DNA from: Fibrobacteria bacterium
GTDB taxonomy: Bacteria > Fibrobacterota > Fibrobacteria > UBA11236
NCBI GenBank assembly: GCA_043745805.1
Contig: JAYTSD010000004.1
Span: 160,001 to 224,000 of the forward strand
Direction: 5' to 3'
DNA: 64,000 nt
A model generated the notes under the pieces. The model was not told the origin of the DNA. It saw only the letters and a program-made list of their open reading frames with translations, and made no database searches. Positions 1 through 9,293 of this stretch are shown in pieces (the stretch's first letter is position 1; each line of letters begins with the position of its first letter). Made by a program: the position numbers and the translations under genes.

Positions 1-597
1 CTCAGCGGGCGCAGTAGCTCCCACCACAGCGCCTAAATTGCCATCATTCCACGCCGTGAGTTTTTCCGCTACTTTTTGATAAAGCTTTACTGGACCTTCC
101 TCACTCAATACCGTGAGGTCTTCAAAATCTTTGGCGCTGGGATTAGAAGTTCGCACTAAAACATAAATGCCTTGGCCATCACTTTTGTCCTGAAACGGCT
201 TTACCGAGTCCAAGCCCATATAGGGCGCAACGGTTACGGCATCCGCAGCAAAAACTCCAAAGGACATTTGCGCATAGGCACCTGCGGTACTCGCAATATC
301 ACCACGTTTAGCATCGAGAATAGTCAGTATACCCGCACTTTTAAAATCATTCATTAATTCTTGTAAAACGCGCAAACAATCGATGCCATGCGCTTCATAG
401 TAGGCCATATTGGGCTTTACGGCTGCAGGCAAAATATTGCGGCGCAACATTGCTTCGAGCATATTGCTATAAAAGCGTTTGATTTTATCTTCGGGTTTTG
501 CGTCGCCGGGGATTTTTGCTAAAACAGGATCGAGACCCACACAAATGGTATTACCAATTGTGTGAGTTCGGTGCAGAAGTTTTTCTTTGTATGTCAT
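1..597 (-). CDS. pyrF: Orotidine-5'-phosphate decarboxylase (type 2), 3' end runs off the window
   Basis: Not in the ORF track; translated by hand from ATG at 597: MTYKEKLL..ICVGLDP..AVKPNMAYYEA..ILDAKRGDIAST..AVTVAPYMGLDS..VRTSNP..GAVVGAT, including the DxKxxDI catalytic motif. Confidence 0.93.
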   Translation of the reverse strand, partial: MTYKEKLLHRTHTIGNTICVGLDPVLAKIPGDAKPEDKIKRFYSNMLEAMLRRNILPAAVKPNMAYYEAHGIDCLRVLQELMNDFKSAGILTILDAKRGDIASTAGAYAQMSFGVFAADAVTVAPYMGLDSVKPFQDKSDGQGIYVLVRTSNPSAKDFEDLTVLSEEGPVKLYQKVAEKLTAWNDGNLGAVVGATAPAE

Positions 598-613
598 GAG
601 GTAAAGTTAAAAA

Positions 614-1705
614 TTAACTTGGTAACTTTGGCGGTACTCCGGCAAAAAGTGTGGCGATTTCAGGCATGGATGAGGCGGCTACCCAAGCAGGCATGCCTTC
701 TTTCCACACTAAGGATTCTTTTTCGATTTGACGATCCAAAGCCAATTGCTTGATTTGCGCCAAACTAAAGGGGCCTTGCTGTTGTCCGCCTATGGCCACA
801 AAAATGTTATCTGAAGGTAATGGAGGAGGCATACCTGCAGGTTTCATAGCGCCGGCAAATTGATTGGCCATTTGACCTCCCATAGCAAGTCCCAGTCCGG
901 CGCCGGCCAAACTGCCTGCAAGTCCGCCGCCCTGTGTAAGTGCTTCGCCAGCCTTGTCCGCCATATTAAATTTCATGTATTGATCCAAATTCCCCACCAC
1001 GCTCATACCACTGCGTTTGTCGATTAAGGCTTCAACTTCAGGAGGTAAGGAAATATTTTCAATCACAAATTGTTTGGTTTGCAAACCATAATAAGCAAAT
1101 TTTTCAATCACCGTTTTTTCTACCATCGCAGATAGCTCAGAGTATTTTGCGGCCAAATCAAAAGCCGGAATTTGAGATTCGGCTAAAGCTTCTGATAAGC
1201 AACTTACCACCGACGCTTTAAGTTGTGTTTCCAATCCCGAGGCCAAAATTTCAGCATTTGTTCCTACTGTGGTTTGAAAAAATTTTGTGACATCGGAAAT
1301 GGTATAAGCAAATACACCGAAGGCACGCAAACGAATAACGCCTAGTTCTTTATCGCGCATCATAACAGGATTAGGCGTTCCCCATTTACGATTGGCAATC
1401 GTTAAACGATTAATAAAATAAACCTCCGCTTTAAACGGAGAATTGAAACCATATTTCCAACCTTTTAAATCGGAAAGTATCGGTAAATTTTGCGTGCTTA
1501 AAGTGTAGGTACCGGGTTCAAAAATATCGGCCAGCTTGCCTTCATTAATAAATACCGCGCTTTGGCCTTCGCGAACAATTAATTTTGCACCCATTTTAAT
1601 CTCGTTTTCACGACGTTCAAAACGATGCGATAAAATTTCCGTATCGCTCTGAGTCGATTCAATAATGTCAATAAATTGCCCTTTAAGACTATCCATTAAT
1701 CCCAT
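614..1705 (-). CDS. SPFH/band-7 domain protein (YdjI-like) with C-terminal GYF_2-like domain
   Basis: GAKLIVREGQSAVF..GTYTLSTQNLP..SPFKAEVYF..KWGTPNP motifs; C-terminal GQQQGPF..SLVWKEGMPAW; RBS AGGAGA upstream. Confidence 0.88.
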   Translation of the reverse strand: MGLMDSLKGQFIDIIESTQSDTEILSHRFERRENEIKMGAKLIVREGQSAVFINEGKLADIFEPGTYTLSTQNLPILSDLKGWKYGFNSPFKAEVYFINRLTIANRKWGTPNPVMMRDKELGVIRLRAFGVFAYTISDVTKFFQTTVGTNAEILASGLETQLKASVVSCLSEALAESQIPAFDLAAKYSELSAMVEKTVIEKFAYYGLQTKQFVIENISLPPEVEALIDKRSGMSVVGNLDQYMKFNMADKAGEALTQGGGLAGSLAGAGLGLAMGGQMANQFAGAMKPAGMPPPLPSDNIFVAIGGQQQGPFSLAQIKQLALDRQIEKESLVWKEGMPAWVAASSMPEIATLFAGVPPKLPS

Positions 1706-1717
1706 ATATTCTCCTTT

Positions 1718-3568
1718 TTATTTTTTAAATCTTTTGTTGGTGGCGTTCTGCAAAGCAAAGCGAACCTTCTGCTCTGCAAATCCCTGCTGGCGCGCAAAGG
1801 CTAGTAATAAGGCTTCTTCCGTCGAGGTAACGGATCCATCTGTAGCCGCAACAATAACAAAATTAGTCATCCAGCGCTCCGCCTCTCCAGCAGACATTTT
1901 TTCCATTAATGAGCTGGGATCTTCATGAGCGCGACGTAACAAATTATCTACAAAAATTTCGCCCACTCCAAAGTGACGCGCAAAATCGCGAATGACATTT
2001 TCCTCCTCGCGAGTAATAATGCCGTCATCTAATGCAGCACCAATAATCGCCGAGAGCATACGCAGTTGTACACGCGGCCCGGTGTTATTTTTATTTTCGT
2101 CAGGAGTATAGGCATTGAGCTTGCGGGGTAACAATTCTGGTCCACCTAAATCGCGTAATACCCAATTTGCTGCGGGACTAGAAAAAACATTTCCACAATA
2201 AGCGCATTTCGCTTGATCGGAAGATTCTAAAGGCGCACCACAACTCGAACAGGTGGAGCTGCTTAAACCCGCTTTACTCAGGGGTGCAGAAAGTTCTTTG
2301 CAAAAAACCAAAATATTTTCGCGATACTCACCTTCATGCTGAGGATTTTCGGAACCCGAATATTTAACTCTTACCCAAGTCATCATCATGCCTTCTGTAG
2401 CGGCAAAGCTTAATAAATCCACTGCACCCACGGCCAAATGAAAAAGTGGATTTAAATTAGTTTTTTCTCTTTCCCATTTTTGCAATAACTCGCTGGAAGC
2501 AAACATATTCAAATCTTGAAATTGTTTTTTACGTATAGCCATTTGAAAACGAATAAACACTACCGAAGCGCGGTCTTCTAATTCTTGCGGAGAAAGCCAT
2601 GACTCAGCTGAACCACCAGGTAATTGCGGAAGCCCTGCATACAAGGGTAATAAATTATGTCTTTCATTTTCCACCCACTCTTCCGGTTGAGTGATTTCGG
2701 CAAGCACCCAATCATAAGTACCCGCATTTAATACCGCTCCACAATGGCTACAACGACTGCCACCAGCATCCGCTAACTGAGCACCACATTTTGGACAGCT
2801 TTCGGAAGCGATTTTATTTTCAGAATTTGTATTAGATAAACTTGCTTGCCGAGTAAAAGACCAAATTTCTTCAAAAAAATTAGGTGTCGTCTCGCAGGAT
2901 ACAACTTGTCCATCGCTTAGACTAATGTCTTTATCCATTACCCTTGCACGCAAATGAAAATCTACCGATACATAATTTCCAAATACTTCTTCTTTAAGAA
3001 ACTTTGCTTGCAATAAAACCGGTTGCTCCACTTGATTGCGAATACCTTGCAGCTTGTTCATTTCCAGTTGCAATTGAAAACGATGAAAAACCCCATCGGA
3101 AATAACATTCCGCACCGGCTCCATATTGCCTTTACTCCAAGCATTTTGCACTCTTACAAAAAGATCCGATAACTTTTCTTGTAAAGGCCCTGCTAAGACG
3201 GAGGTTTCGGGAAGTGTTTGGCGTATTTGATTTTGCATACTGGGATCATAACTCGACTTAAAATTGTTACCCGCCTGCAATTGCTTCGCATATTTAATCA
3301 AAAAATATATGACTACTACAATGAACATAAGCAATAACAAACTAGAGAAAGGGCTGGAATTTCCACCCGTTGCATACCCTCCCCCACTATAACTTCCCGA
3401 GGAATGATAAGAAGAATAGGAACCCGATCCAGAACTCGAAGAATGACTTCCGCCGGAATGATAGCTATGTCCACCACCCGCTCTTGCCCAAAGCTTGACG
3501 GGCATAACAAGCATAAGAATCAATCCGAAAACCCAAATTAATTGTTTTTGCAAAGACTTAACTTTCAC
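1718..3568 (-). CDS. Membrane protein with two TIM44-like domains, each followed by zinc ribbons, and a C-terminal TerB-like domain
   Basis: Signal-like N-terminus then RAGGGHSYHSGG Gly/Ser-rich segment and a TM helix; VQNAWSKG..EEIWSFTR; CPKCG/CSHCG and CSSCG/CAYCG; AALDDGIITREE and AATDGSVTSTEE. Start placed at GTG 3568 (ORF track: 3631). Confidence 0.75.
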   Translation of the reverse strand: MKVKSLQKQLIWVFGLILMLVMPVKLWARAGGGHSYHSGGSHSSSSGSGSYSSYHSSGSYSGGGYATGGNSSPFSSLLLLMFIVVVIYFLIKYAKQLQAGNNFKSSYDPSMQNQIRQTLPETSVLAGPLQEKLSDLFVRVQNAWSKGNMEPVRNVISDGVFHRFQLQLEMNKLQGIRNQVEQPVLLQAKFLKEEVFGNYVSVDFHLRARVMDKDISLSDGQVVSCETTPNFFEEIWSFTRQASLSNTNSENKIASESCPKCGAQLADAGGSRCSHCGAVLNAGTYDWVLAEITQPEEWVENERHNLLPLYAGLPQLPGGSAESWLSPQELEDRASVVFIRFQMAIRKKQFQDLNMFASSELLQKWEREKTNLNPLFHLAVGAVDLLSFAATEGMMMTWVRVKYSGSENPQHEGEYRENILVFCKELSAPLSKAGLSSSTCSSCGAPLESSDQAKCAYCGNVFSSPAANWVLRDLGGPELLPRKLNAYTPDENKNNTGPRVQLRMLSAIIGAALDDGIITREEENVIRDFARHFGVGEIFVDNLLRRAHEDPSSLMEKMSAGEAERWMTNFVIVAATDGSVTSTEEALLLAFARQQGFAEQKVRFALQNATNKRFKK

Positions 3569-3902
3569 TGTCTTTATTTTCCTTCCAAGCCAATTCGGGA
3601 AAGCGATTCCGCGCATAGCTAAAAAAATCATTTAAGGTTAAAAGAGGAGTAATCTCCATAGATTCGCACCAATTTACAAATGCCATTTCGGGTAAATACT
3701 CAATTATTTTTTTTTCGAATTTGAGCCAAGAACAAAAATCATAGACTTGCGAACAAGCTTTACGCCGAGCCAAATTGGAAATAATTTTTTCTTTTAACCA
3801 AACTTGAAATAAATCTTGTATCCGTTTTTCACATTGACTTCTATCGGGATAGTCTTCATTTATTGGAAAAAGCGGAATGCGATTATTAATTACATAAGTC
3901 AT
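3558..3902 (-). CDS. Hypothetical protein (114 aa), probable first gene of the SPFH/TIM44 operon
   Basis: ATG-started ORF whose stop overlaps the start of the next gene; no recognised motif. Confidence 0.55.
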   Translation of the reverse strand: MTYVINNRIPLFPINEDYPDRSQCEKRIQDLFQVWLKEKIISNLARRKACSQVYDFCSWLKFEKKIIEYLPEMAFVNWCESMEITPLLTLNDFFSYARNRFPELAWKENKDSES

Positions 3903-4016
3903 TTAACAAATATCTTTTCCATTAATCTTTCTATTATTTTTTCCATAAAGCTCTCCTAAAAATCTAAGAAATAGTATTTAGATTTGACGTATATACTAAA
4001 GAATACTGGTAATTTT

Positions 4017-4694
4017 ATGTACTCTACTCGACGATTATTTATTGGGGATATACATGGGTGTTTACAAGAGCTGGAAGCCTTATTAGAGGCTTTTAAATTT
4101 AATGCCCAACACGATCAAATTTTCTGCGCGGGCGACATAGTAGGAAAAGGTCCAAATGTAGTAGGTGTATTACAAAAGTTGAAATCGTTCGATGCAAAGG
4201 TTGTAAGAGGCAATCATGACGAAGCCGCTTTAACAGCTGCCGAAACTCCCGAAAAAAAACGCTCTCAAAAACAAAAAGACTATTTAGAACAATTAAAAGA
4301 TTCGCAACGCGATTGGATAGCCGAAATCGCTTATTGGCCTTTGTATTTGGAATTTCCTGATTTGTTTTTGGTACATGCAGGATTTGAACCTGAAAAAATT
4401 CATCCTGCCGAAATGCAGGGAAGGATTTTACAAAATATTCGCACATGGGATGGCGTTGGAATAAATCTCAATTGCAAAGAAGACCCAGCTTGGTTTGACT
4501 GTATCAAACCTGATAGAACAATTGTGTTTGGTCATTGGGCCAAACGCGGGAAAATTGATTTGCCACAGTTTAAAGGCTTAGATACAGGTTGTGTTTATGG
4601 GGGTGCGTTAACTGGTTGGTGTCCTGAAGAAAATCGTTTTTATTCGGTGAAAAGTTTTGCGAGCTATGCCGCAATACATTATAAGGACCTTTAA
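4017..4694 (+). CDS. Metallophosphoesterase, ApaH/PrpA-like
   Basis: IGDIHGC, GDIVGKGP, RGNHD, VHAG, VFGHW, LDTGCVYGGALT; start moved to ATG 4017. Confidence 0.88.
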   Translation: MYSTRRLFIGDIHGCLQELEALLEAFKFNAQHDQIFCAGDIVGKGPNVVGVLQKLKSFDAKVVRGNHDEAALTAAETPEKKRSQKQKDYLEQLKDSQRDWIAEIAYWPLYLEFPDLFLVHAGFEPEKIHPAEMQGRILQNIRTWDGVGINLNCKEDPAWFDCIKPDRTIVFGHWAKRGKIDLPQFKGLDTGCVYGGALTGWCPEENRFYSVKSFASYAAIHYKDL

Positions 4695-4699
4695 GCAAG

Positions 4700-4716
4700 G
4701 CCCTCAAAATGAGGGC
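4700..4716. terminator. Short hairpin between convergent genes
   Basis: GCCCTCA-AAA-TGAGGGC; weak U-tract. Confidence 0.4.
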
Positions 4717-4752
4717 TAAATATTTCAAAACCAATAATTTGCGCAGTAACCT

Positions 4753-6150
4753 TCAAGATACTACCCAACGCCGAGCCGTGTTGGTGCTGCCTTTAGCATG
4801 AATGGGATAGCCATACACGCAAATTAAGGCATCTCCACTTTGCGCCAATTTTTGTGCCTTTAGGCGTTTTTCCACTTCTACAAAAATCTTTTCTGGCTCA
4901 TCGGTATTTAAAATTAAAGTTGGCATCACAGAATAATAGAGGGCGCAGCGATTATAAATATGGGGACGAATACAAGCTGCGATAACCGGCGTGTTACCAC
5001 GATAAGTAGAAAGAATCCGCGGCGTGAAACCTAAAGTACTAATAGTCACCAAGGCTTTCGCTCCACTAATTAATCCAAAATAAACACCCGCTTCACAAGC
5101 CTCGGCAATAACCTCCGGATGGGCAATGCCCACAATTTCTTCTTCCAAATTTTTTTCGGCATTATTAATAATCTTGTTCATCATTTCCACAGCTCCCACA
5201 GGGTATTTACCCATAGCCGTTTCTCCCGACAACATCAATGAATCTACTCGCTCTAGAGCCGCTGTGGACACATCAGTTACCTCGGCGCGTGTGGGACGAG
5301 GATTTTCCGTCATGGTTTCTAACATTTGTGTCGCCACAATAGTGACCTTACCAAGCTCTCGCGCTAAGTGAATGATATTCCTTTGAATAGTGGGGATAGT
5401 TTCCAAATCTACTTCAACACCCAAATCACCGCGCGCAACCATTACACCTTCGGAACCTTCGATAATATCGCGAAGATTTTTTAAAGCATGGGCATTTTCC
5501 ACTTTCGAAACTAAGGGAAGATCTAAGCCTATTTTTTTCATGTAACGTTTAATATTCGCCACGTCATTGCCGGTACTAACAAAAGAAGCCGCAATCCAAT
5601 CAAAATCTAATTTTTGGATAAAGTCTAAATCGGATTTGTCCTTGGTGCTCAATATCGGTAATTGAATATCGACACCGGGTACATTGAGTGATTTATTGGG
5701 TTTAAGTAAGCCGCCGGTGATCACTTTGCAATGAATCACTTTTTTATGTACGGACTCCACGCGAATTTCCAATCCACCGTCATCCAAAAGAATTTTTTGT
5801 CCAGGCTTAACTAATTCATAAAGATGCCGATGCGAAATCCCCACTTCACCGAGTGAAGGATTGCCTTTACCCGAAACTAGTTTCACCACTCTTTCGGTGT
5901 CAAGCTGATACGACTGTTTATCAATACGAATTTTAGGCCCCATTAAATCTGCCAATACCGCGCAAGGTCGATTTAATTTTTTCGCCACTGATCGGACTAG
6001 TTTTAAATTCTCTGCATGCTGGGCTTGCGTTCCATGCGAAAAGTTAAAGCGAACGGCATTCGCACCGGCTAAAAAAATCTTTTCCAAAACCGTTGGATCT
6101 TGAATAGCAGGTCCCATCGTAACTAATATCTTGGCTTTGCGAAAATTCAT
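4753..6150 (-). CDS. pyk: Pyruvate kinase
   Basis: KILVTMGPA, RFNFSHG, DLMGPKIR, MVARGDLGVE, ATQMLETM, PTRAEVTDV, MLSGETAMG; start ATG 6150 with RBS AAGGGAG. Confidence 0.97.
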   Translation of the reverse strand: MNFRKAKILVTMGPAIQDPTVLEKIFLAGANAVRFNFSHGTQAQHAENLKLVRSVAKKLNRPCAVLADLMGPKIRIDKQSYQLDTERVVKLVSGKGNPSLGEVGISHRHLYELVKPGQKILLDDGGLEIRVESVHKKVIHCKVITGGLLKPNKSLNVPGVDIQLPILSTKDKSDLDFIQKLDFDWIAASFVSTGNDVANIKRYMKKIGLDLPLVSKVENAHALKNLRDIIEGSEGVMVARGDLGVEVDLETIPTIQRNIIHLARELGKVTIVATQMLETMTENPRPTRAEVTDVSTAALERVDSLMLSGETAMGKYPVGAVEMMNKIINNAEKNLEEEIVGIAHPEVIAEACEAGVYFGLISGAKALVTISTLGFTPRILSTYRGNTPVIAACIRPHIYNRCALYYSVMPTLILNTDEPEKIFVEVEKRLKAQKLAQSGDALICVYGYPIHAKGSTNTARRWVVS

Positions 6151-6223
6151 AAAGTCTCCCTTAATACGCTCAATAGCATGTTCAATAGTTCTCAATAGTA
6201 AAATTTTTTACCTTTGGCTTCAG

Positions 6224-7339
6224 ATGCAAATTATTTTGATTATTTTAGCCTTCCTGCTCACACTCAACTATGCCGGGCTACTTTGGGTTTTTTTACGTGG
6301 CAGCACAAAGCTAAAACAGCTCGCAAGACATACACACAAGGCTCCCAGCGTTTCCGTAGTCGTCCCGTTAAGAAATGAAGAACAATATGCCGAGGCAACT
6401 TTAATGGCCTTACAAGCACAAGATTTTTTAGGCGAATGGGAAGTCATTTGCGTAAATGATCGCTCAAGCGATGGAACTTTAGGCATTTTAGAAAAGTTTT
6501 GTGCGGCTCATCCTCATTTTTCCTTCACCAACATTCCCCCTTCAGCGCCTCCTATTCCCAGCCCCAAAAAACGCGCTTTAGCCGCCGGTTTTGCTTTAGC
6601 CAAAGGAGAAATATTAATGACCACCGATGCCGATTGCTTGCCGCCTCCGCATTGGTTAAGTTCAATGACGCAATGTTTTTTACCCGATATTGGCATTGTT
6701 CAAGGCCCCAAACGCATAGCAGGCAATGACAGTTTATTATCACGCTATCAAGAAACCGAAGTTTTTGGATTAGTGAGCATTGAAGCCGCGACCTTTGCCT
6801 TAGGGCAACCTATGATTGCTAGCGCACCCTCTTTAGCCTATCGCAAAGCCTTATATGAAAAAGCCGGTGGCTTCTCAGGCTTGGATCAATATGTGTCCGG
6901 TGATGATGATTTATTAGTGCATAAAATGAAAAAATTTTCGGAATATAAAATCCTTTATAATCCCGATGCACAAGCCTGTGTGACCACGCCACCTGCGAGT
7001 ACCTGGAAAGAATTGTTTCAGCAGCGCGCACGCTGGGCTAGCAATGGCGCACATTACGACGACAAAGGTTTTGTGGCCTTGCTCTGTGGCATTTATGGTT
7101 TTTATTTGTGGCTTTTATTTGCACCAATATTAGCTATGGCTCAGATTATTCCTTGGAGCGCATGGATTATCCCTCTATTCATTAAAATAGGCTTGAATGG
7201 TTTATTCTTGCGTCGCACCGCTAAAATTTTGGGACAAGGTAAGGCTATGCGAAATTTTTTCTGGGCAGAGCTTTTGCATATTCCTATTACCGTACTGGTG
7301 GTGCCGATGGGACATTTGGGTTGGTATAAATGGAAATAA
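6224..7339 (+). CDS. Glycosyltransferase family 2, membrane-bound
   Basis: VSVVVPLRNEE, NDRSSDGT, TTDAD, GDDD, QRARW motifs with flanking TM helices; start moved to ATG 6224. Confidence 0.9.
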   Translation: MQIILIILAFLLTLNYAGLLWVFLRGSTKLKQLARHTHKAPSVSVVVPLRNEEQYAEATLMALQAQDFLGEWEVICVNDRSSDGTLGILEKFCAAHPHFSFTNIPPSAPPIPSPKKRALAAGFALAKGEILMTTDADCLPPPHWLSSMTQCFLPDIGIVQGPKRIAGNDSLLSRYQETEVFGLVSIEAATFALGQPMIASAPSLAYRKALYEKAGGFSGLDQYVSGDDDLLVHKMKKFSEYKILYNPDAQACVTTPPASTWKELFQQRARWASNGAHYDDKGFVALLCGIYGFYLWLLFAPILAMAQIIPWSAWIIPLFIKIGLNGLFLRRTAKILGQGKAMRNFFWAELLHIPITVLVVPMGHLGWYKWK

Positions 7340-8955
7340 AGAAAATTATAATTTTTGTTACCGTACTATTTACGTTACTCTTCACCTCTATCCTATATGC
7401 CCTGCCTACTCATTCCCTTGAAAGTAATTGTCAAAAACAAATCGCCGCCATTCCGAATAAAAGTACCGAAACTTCCCTTTGGATAAAAGCCGCCACTTGT
7501 TTGCAACAGATCAATGAAAACAAAAATTCCCCCGAGATTAATGCGCTCGCCCAAAGTAAATTACCCGACGACAAACATTGGTACTTCGCAACTTTACAAC
7601 AATATCGCCAGCGGGGAGAAATTGCAGCTGCTTTACAAATCGCCTATTTACTGGATTTGCGGAATTTTTCGGATTTAGAAACCTGCAATGTATTGGCCGA
7701 GTTTTATGCCTTTGCAGCGCATTATCATTTATCTGGAAAAGCCTATTTACAAACCTTGCGACTCGATCCTAATCAAATAGGGAACATTAGTGTTAACCTA
7801 GAAAATTTAATTCGTACCGCCGCTGTAGAAATAGAACCGGCTTTACTATTAGATTCCTTACATAGGGATATTGCGCAGGATTTAACTCCGAAGGACCTGT
7901 CTGCCTTACTGGTATTAGAAAATATCGGTTGGCAATTTCGCTATTATCGTGGGGCTATGGAAAATTTTATGCACCGTTTAAGCCTTAGCATGCTTAAACA
8001 AGATGAGATTATTAACGAAGCTCAACGCTTTTATAATTTGGGCTATGATGATTATGCGGCTTTAATATTCGAGAAAAGTAGCTGGGAAAAATTAACTGGG
8101 AAAGCCATTGCTTATCCCCGACTTTTGTTTATGCGCATTCATACTCAGTTAAAAGATTATGCGCGTTTGGTTACGCTTTATCATTCCTCTCTCGATAAAG
8201 AAGATCTTCTGTCGGAAGAGCAAACTCTTTTTGCCGAAGCCCTTACCCGCAAAGGCGATAATGAAGAAGCGATTACCCTTGCAAAAAAAGTGGTGGCTCA
8301 AGATATTACCCCGTGGAGCTTTAAAGCCAATATTATTATTGCACGCAATCAAATCGCTCAGCATCAATTAGCACAGTCCCAAGCATTGTTAAAAAAGATC
8401 AAAGAAGATCCAAGACGTCAAGAAAGTTCGGGGTCGATATTATTTTGGCAGGCTTTTAATTTTATTCATCAAAGAAAATATATTGCTGCGGAATCCTTAT
8501 TAGTTCTCTCGGCAGCCTATACGGGTGAAGCCGAGACCGAATTAGCCTTACAATACCGTTATTACTTACTACTTGACACCAGCGCTGCCCGCGAAGCCTT
8601 TTTCCAAGGGCTTTCTGAGGCCCCATGGCCCCCAGAGCAGCGGCGTGAAAATTTGGAAAAAGTTCCTTCCCATAGTGAGCTTTGGCCTTATGCCCAATTC
8701 GCAAAATCGGAGATTTTTATAGAAAAACGCCAATTAGATAGTGCGTCCATAGCATTGCAACAAATAATGCAAAAAAGTGAGAATCCTCATGCAACCCTTA
8801 AAGCTCAAGCTAAAGGCGTGTTTTTACAAGAACGTTTATCACAAGCTAAGCAGAATGTCCTTGCTCAATACGAAGAACTACTTATAAAATACCAACAGGG
8901 AGTAATCCCTGAATTTACCCGTGAACGCTTAGGACGTTTGCGTAGCTTAAAATAA
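7330..8955 (+). CDS. Secreted TPR-like helical repeat protein
   Basis: Signal-like N-terminus; repeated Ala-rich amphipathic helices; overlaps the GT2 stop. Confidence 0.6.
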   Translation: MEIKKIIIFVTVLFTLLFTSILYALPTHSLESNCQKQIAAIPNKSTETSLWIKAATCLQQINENKNSPEINALAQSKLPDDKHWYFATLQQYRQRGEIAAALQIAYLLDLRNFSDLETCNVLAEFYAFAAHYHLSGKAYLQTLRLDPNQIGNISVNLENLIRTAAVEIEPALLLDSLHRDIAQDLTPKDLSALLVLENIGWQFRYYRGAMENFMHRLSLSMLKQDEIINEAQRFYNLGYDDYAALIFEKSSWEKLTGKAIAYPRLLFMRIHTQLKDYARLVTLYHSSLDKEDLLSEEQTLFAEALTRKGDNEEAITLAKKVVAQDITPWSFKANIIIARNQIAQHQLAQSQALLKKIKEDPRRQESSGSILFWQAFNFIHQRKYIAAESLLVLSAAYTGEAETELALQYRYYLLLDTSAAREAFFQGLSEAPWPPEQRRENLEKVPSHSELWPYAQFAKSEIFIEKRQLDSASIALQQIMQKSENPHATLKAQAKGVFLQERLSQAKQNVLAQYEELLIKYQQGVIPEFTRERLGRLRSLK

Positions 8956-8967
8956 TCTGAGGGTTTT

Positions 8968-9213
8968 ATGAGTATTAGATGGATGCGAAATTTAGTCGTT
9001 GATGGACAACAAACCACTATTGAAGTTCTATTAGGGGCCAATAAAATTGCTGATAAATGTTATGTGCGCGTAAATGGGCAAGAAGAGTATTGGTTTAAAC
9101 CTTCGCATGAAGGCCGCGATGCCGTATTGCAACAAGGCATAGATATGCTTAAAGCCCGATTTAATGGACATAGCGTCCAATCTAATACTGGATCGCCTTA
9201 TTCTTGGAATTAA
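8968..9213 (+). CDS. Hypothetical protein (81 aa)
   Basis: RBS GAGG upstream; co-directional with neighbours; hairpin downstream at about 9226-9258. Confidence 0.7.
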   Translation: MSIRWMRNLVVDGQQTTIEVLLGANKIADKCYVRVNGQEEYWFKPSHEGRDAVLQQGIDMLKARFNGHSVQSNTGSPYSWN

Positions 9214-9293
9214 AATTTATTTTTTGCTTAACTATTTCATTTTTGGAATAAGTTAAGCTTTAAAAAGCTGCAATAATTCCTATTGTTCGAGGT

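Noticed and set aside
172-753. Plus-strand ORFs 172-357 and 562-753
   Set aside because: Antisense shadows of pyrF and the SPFH gene
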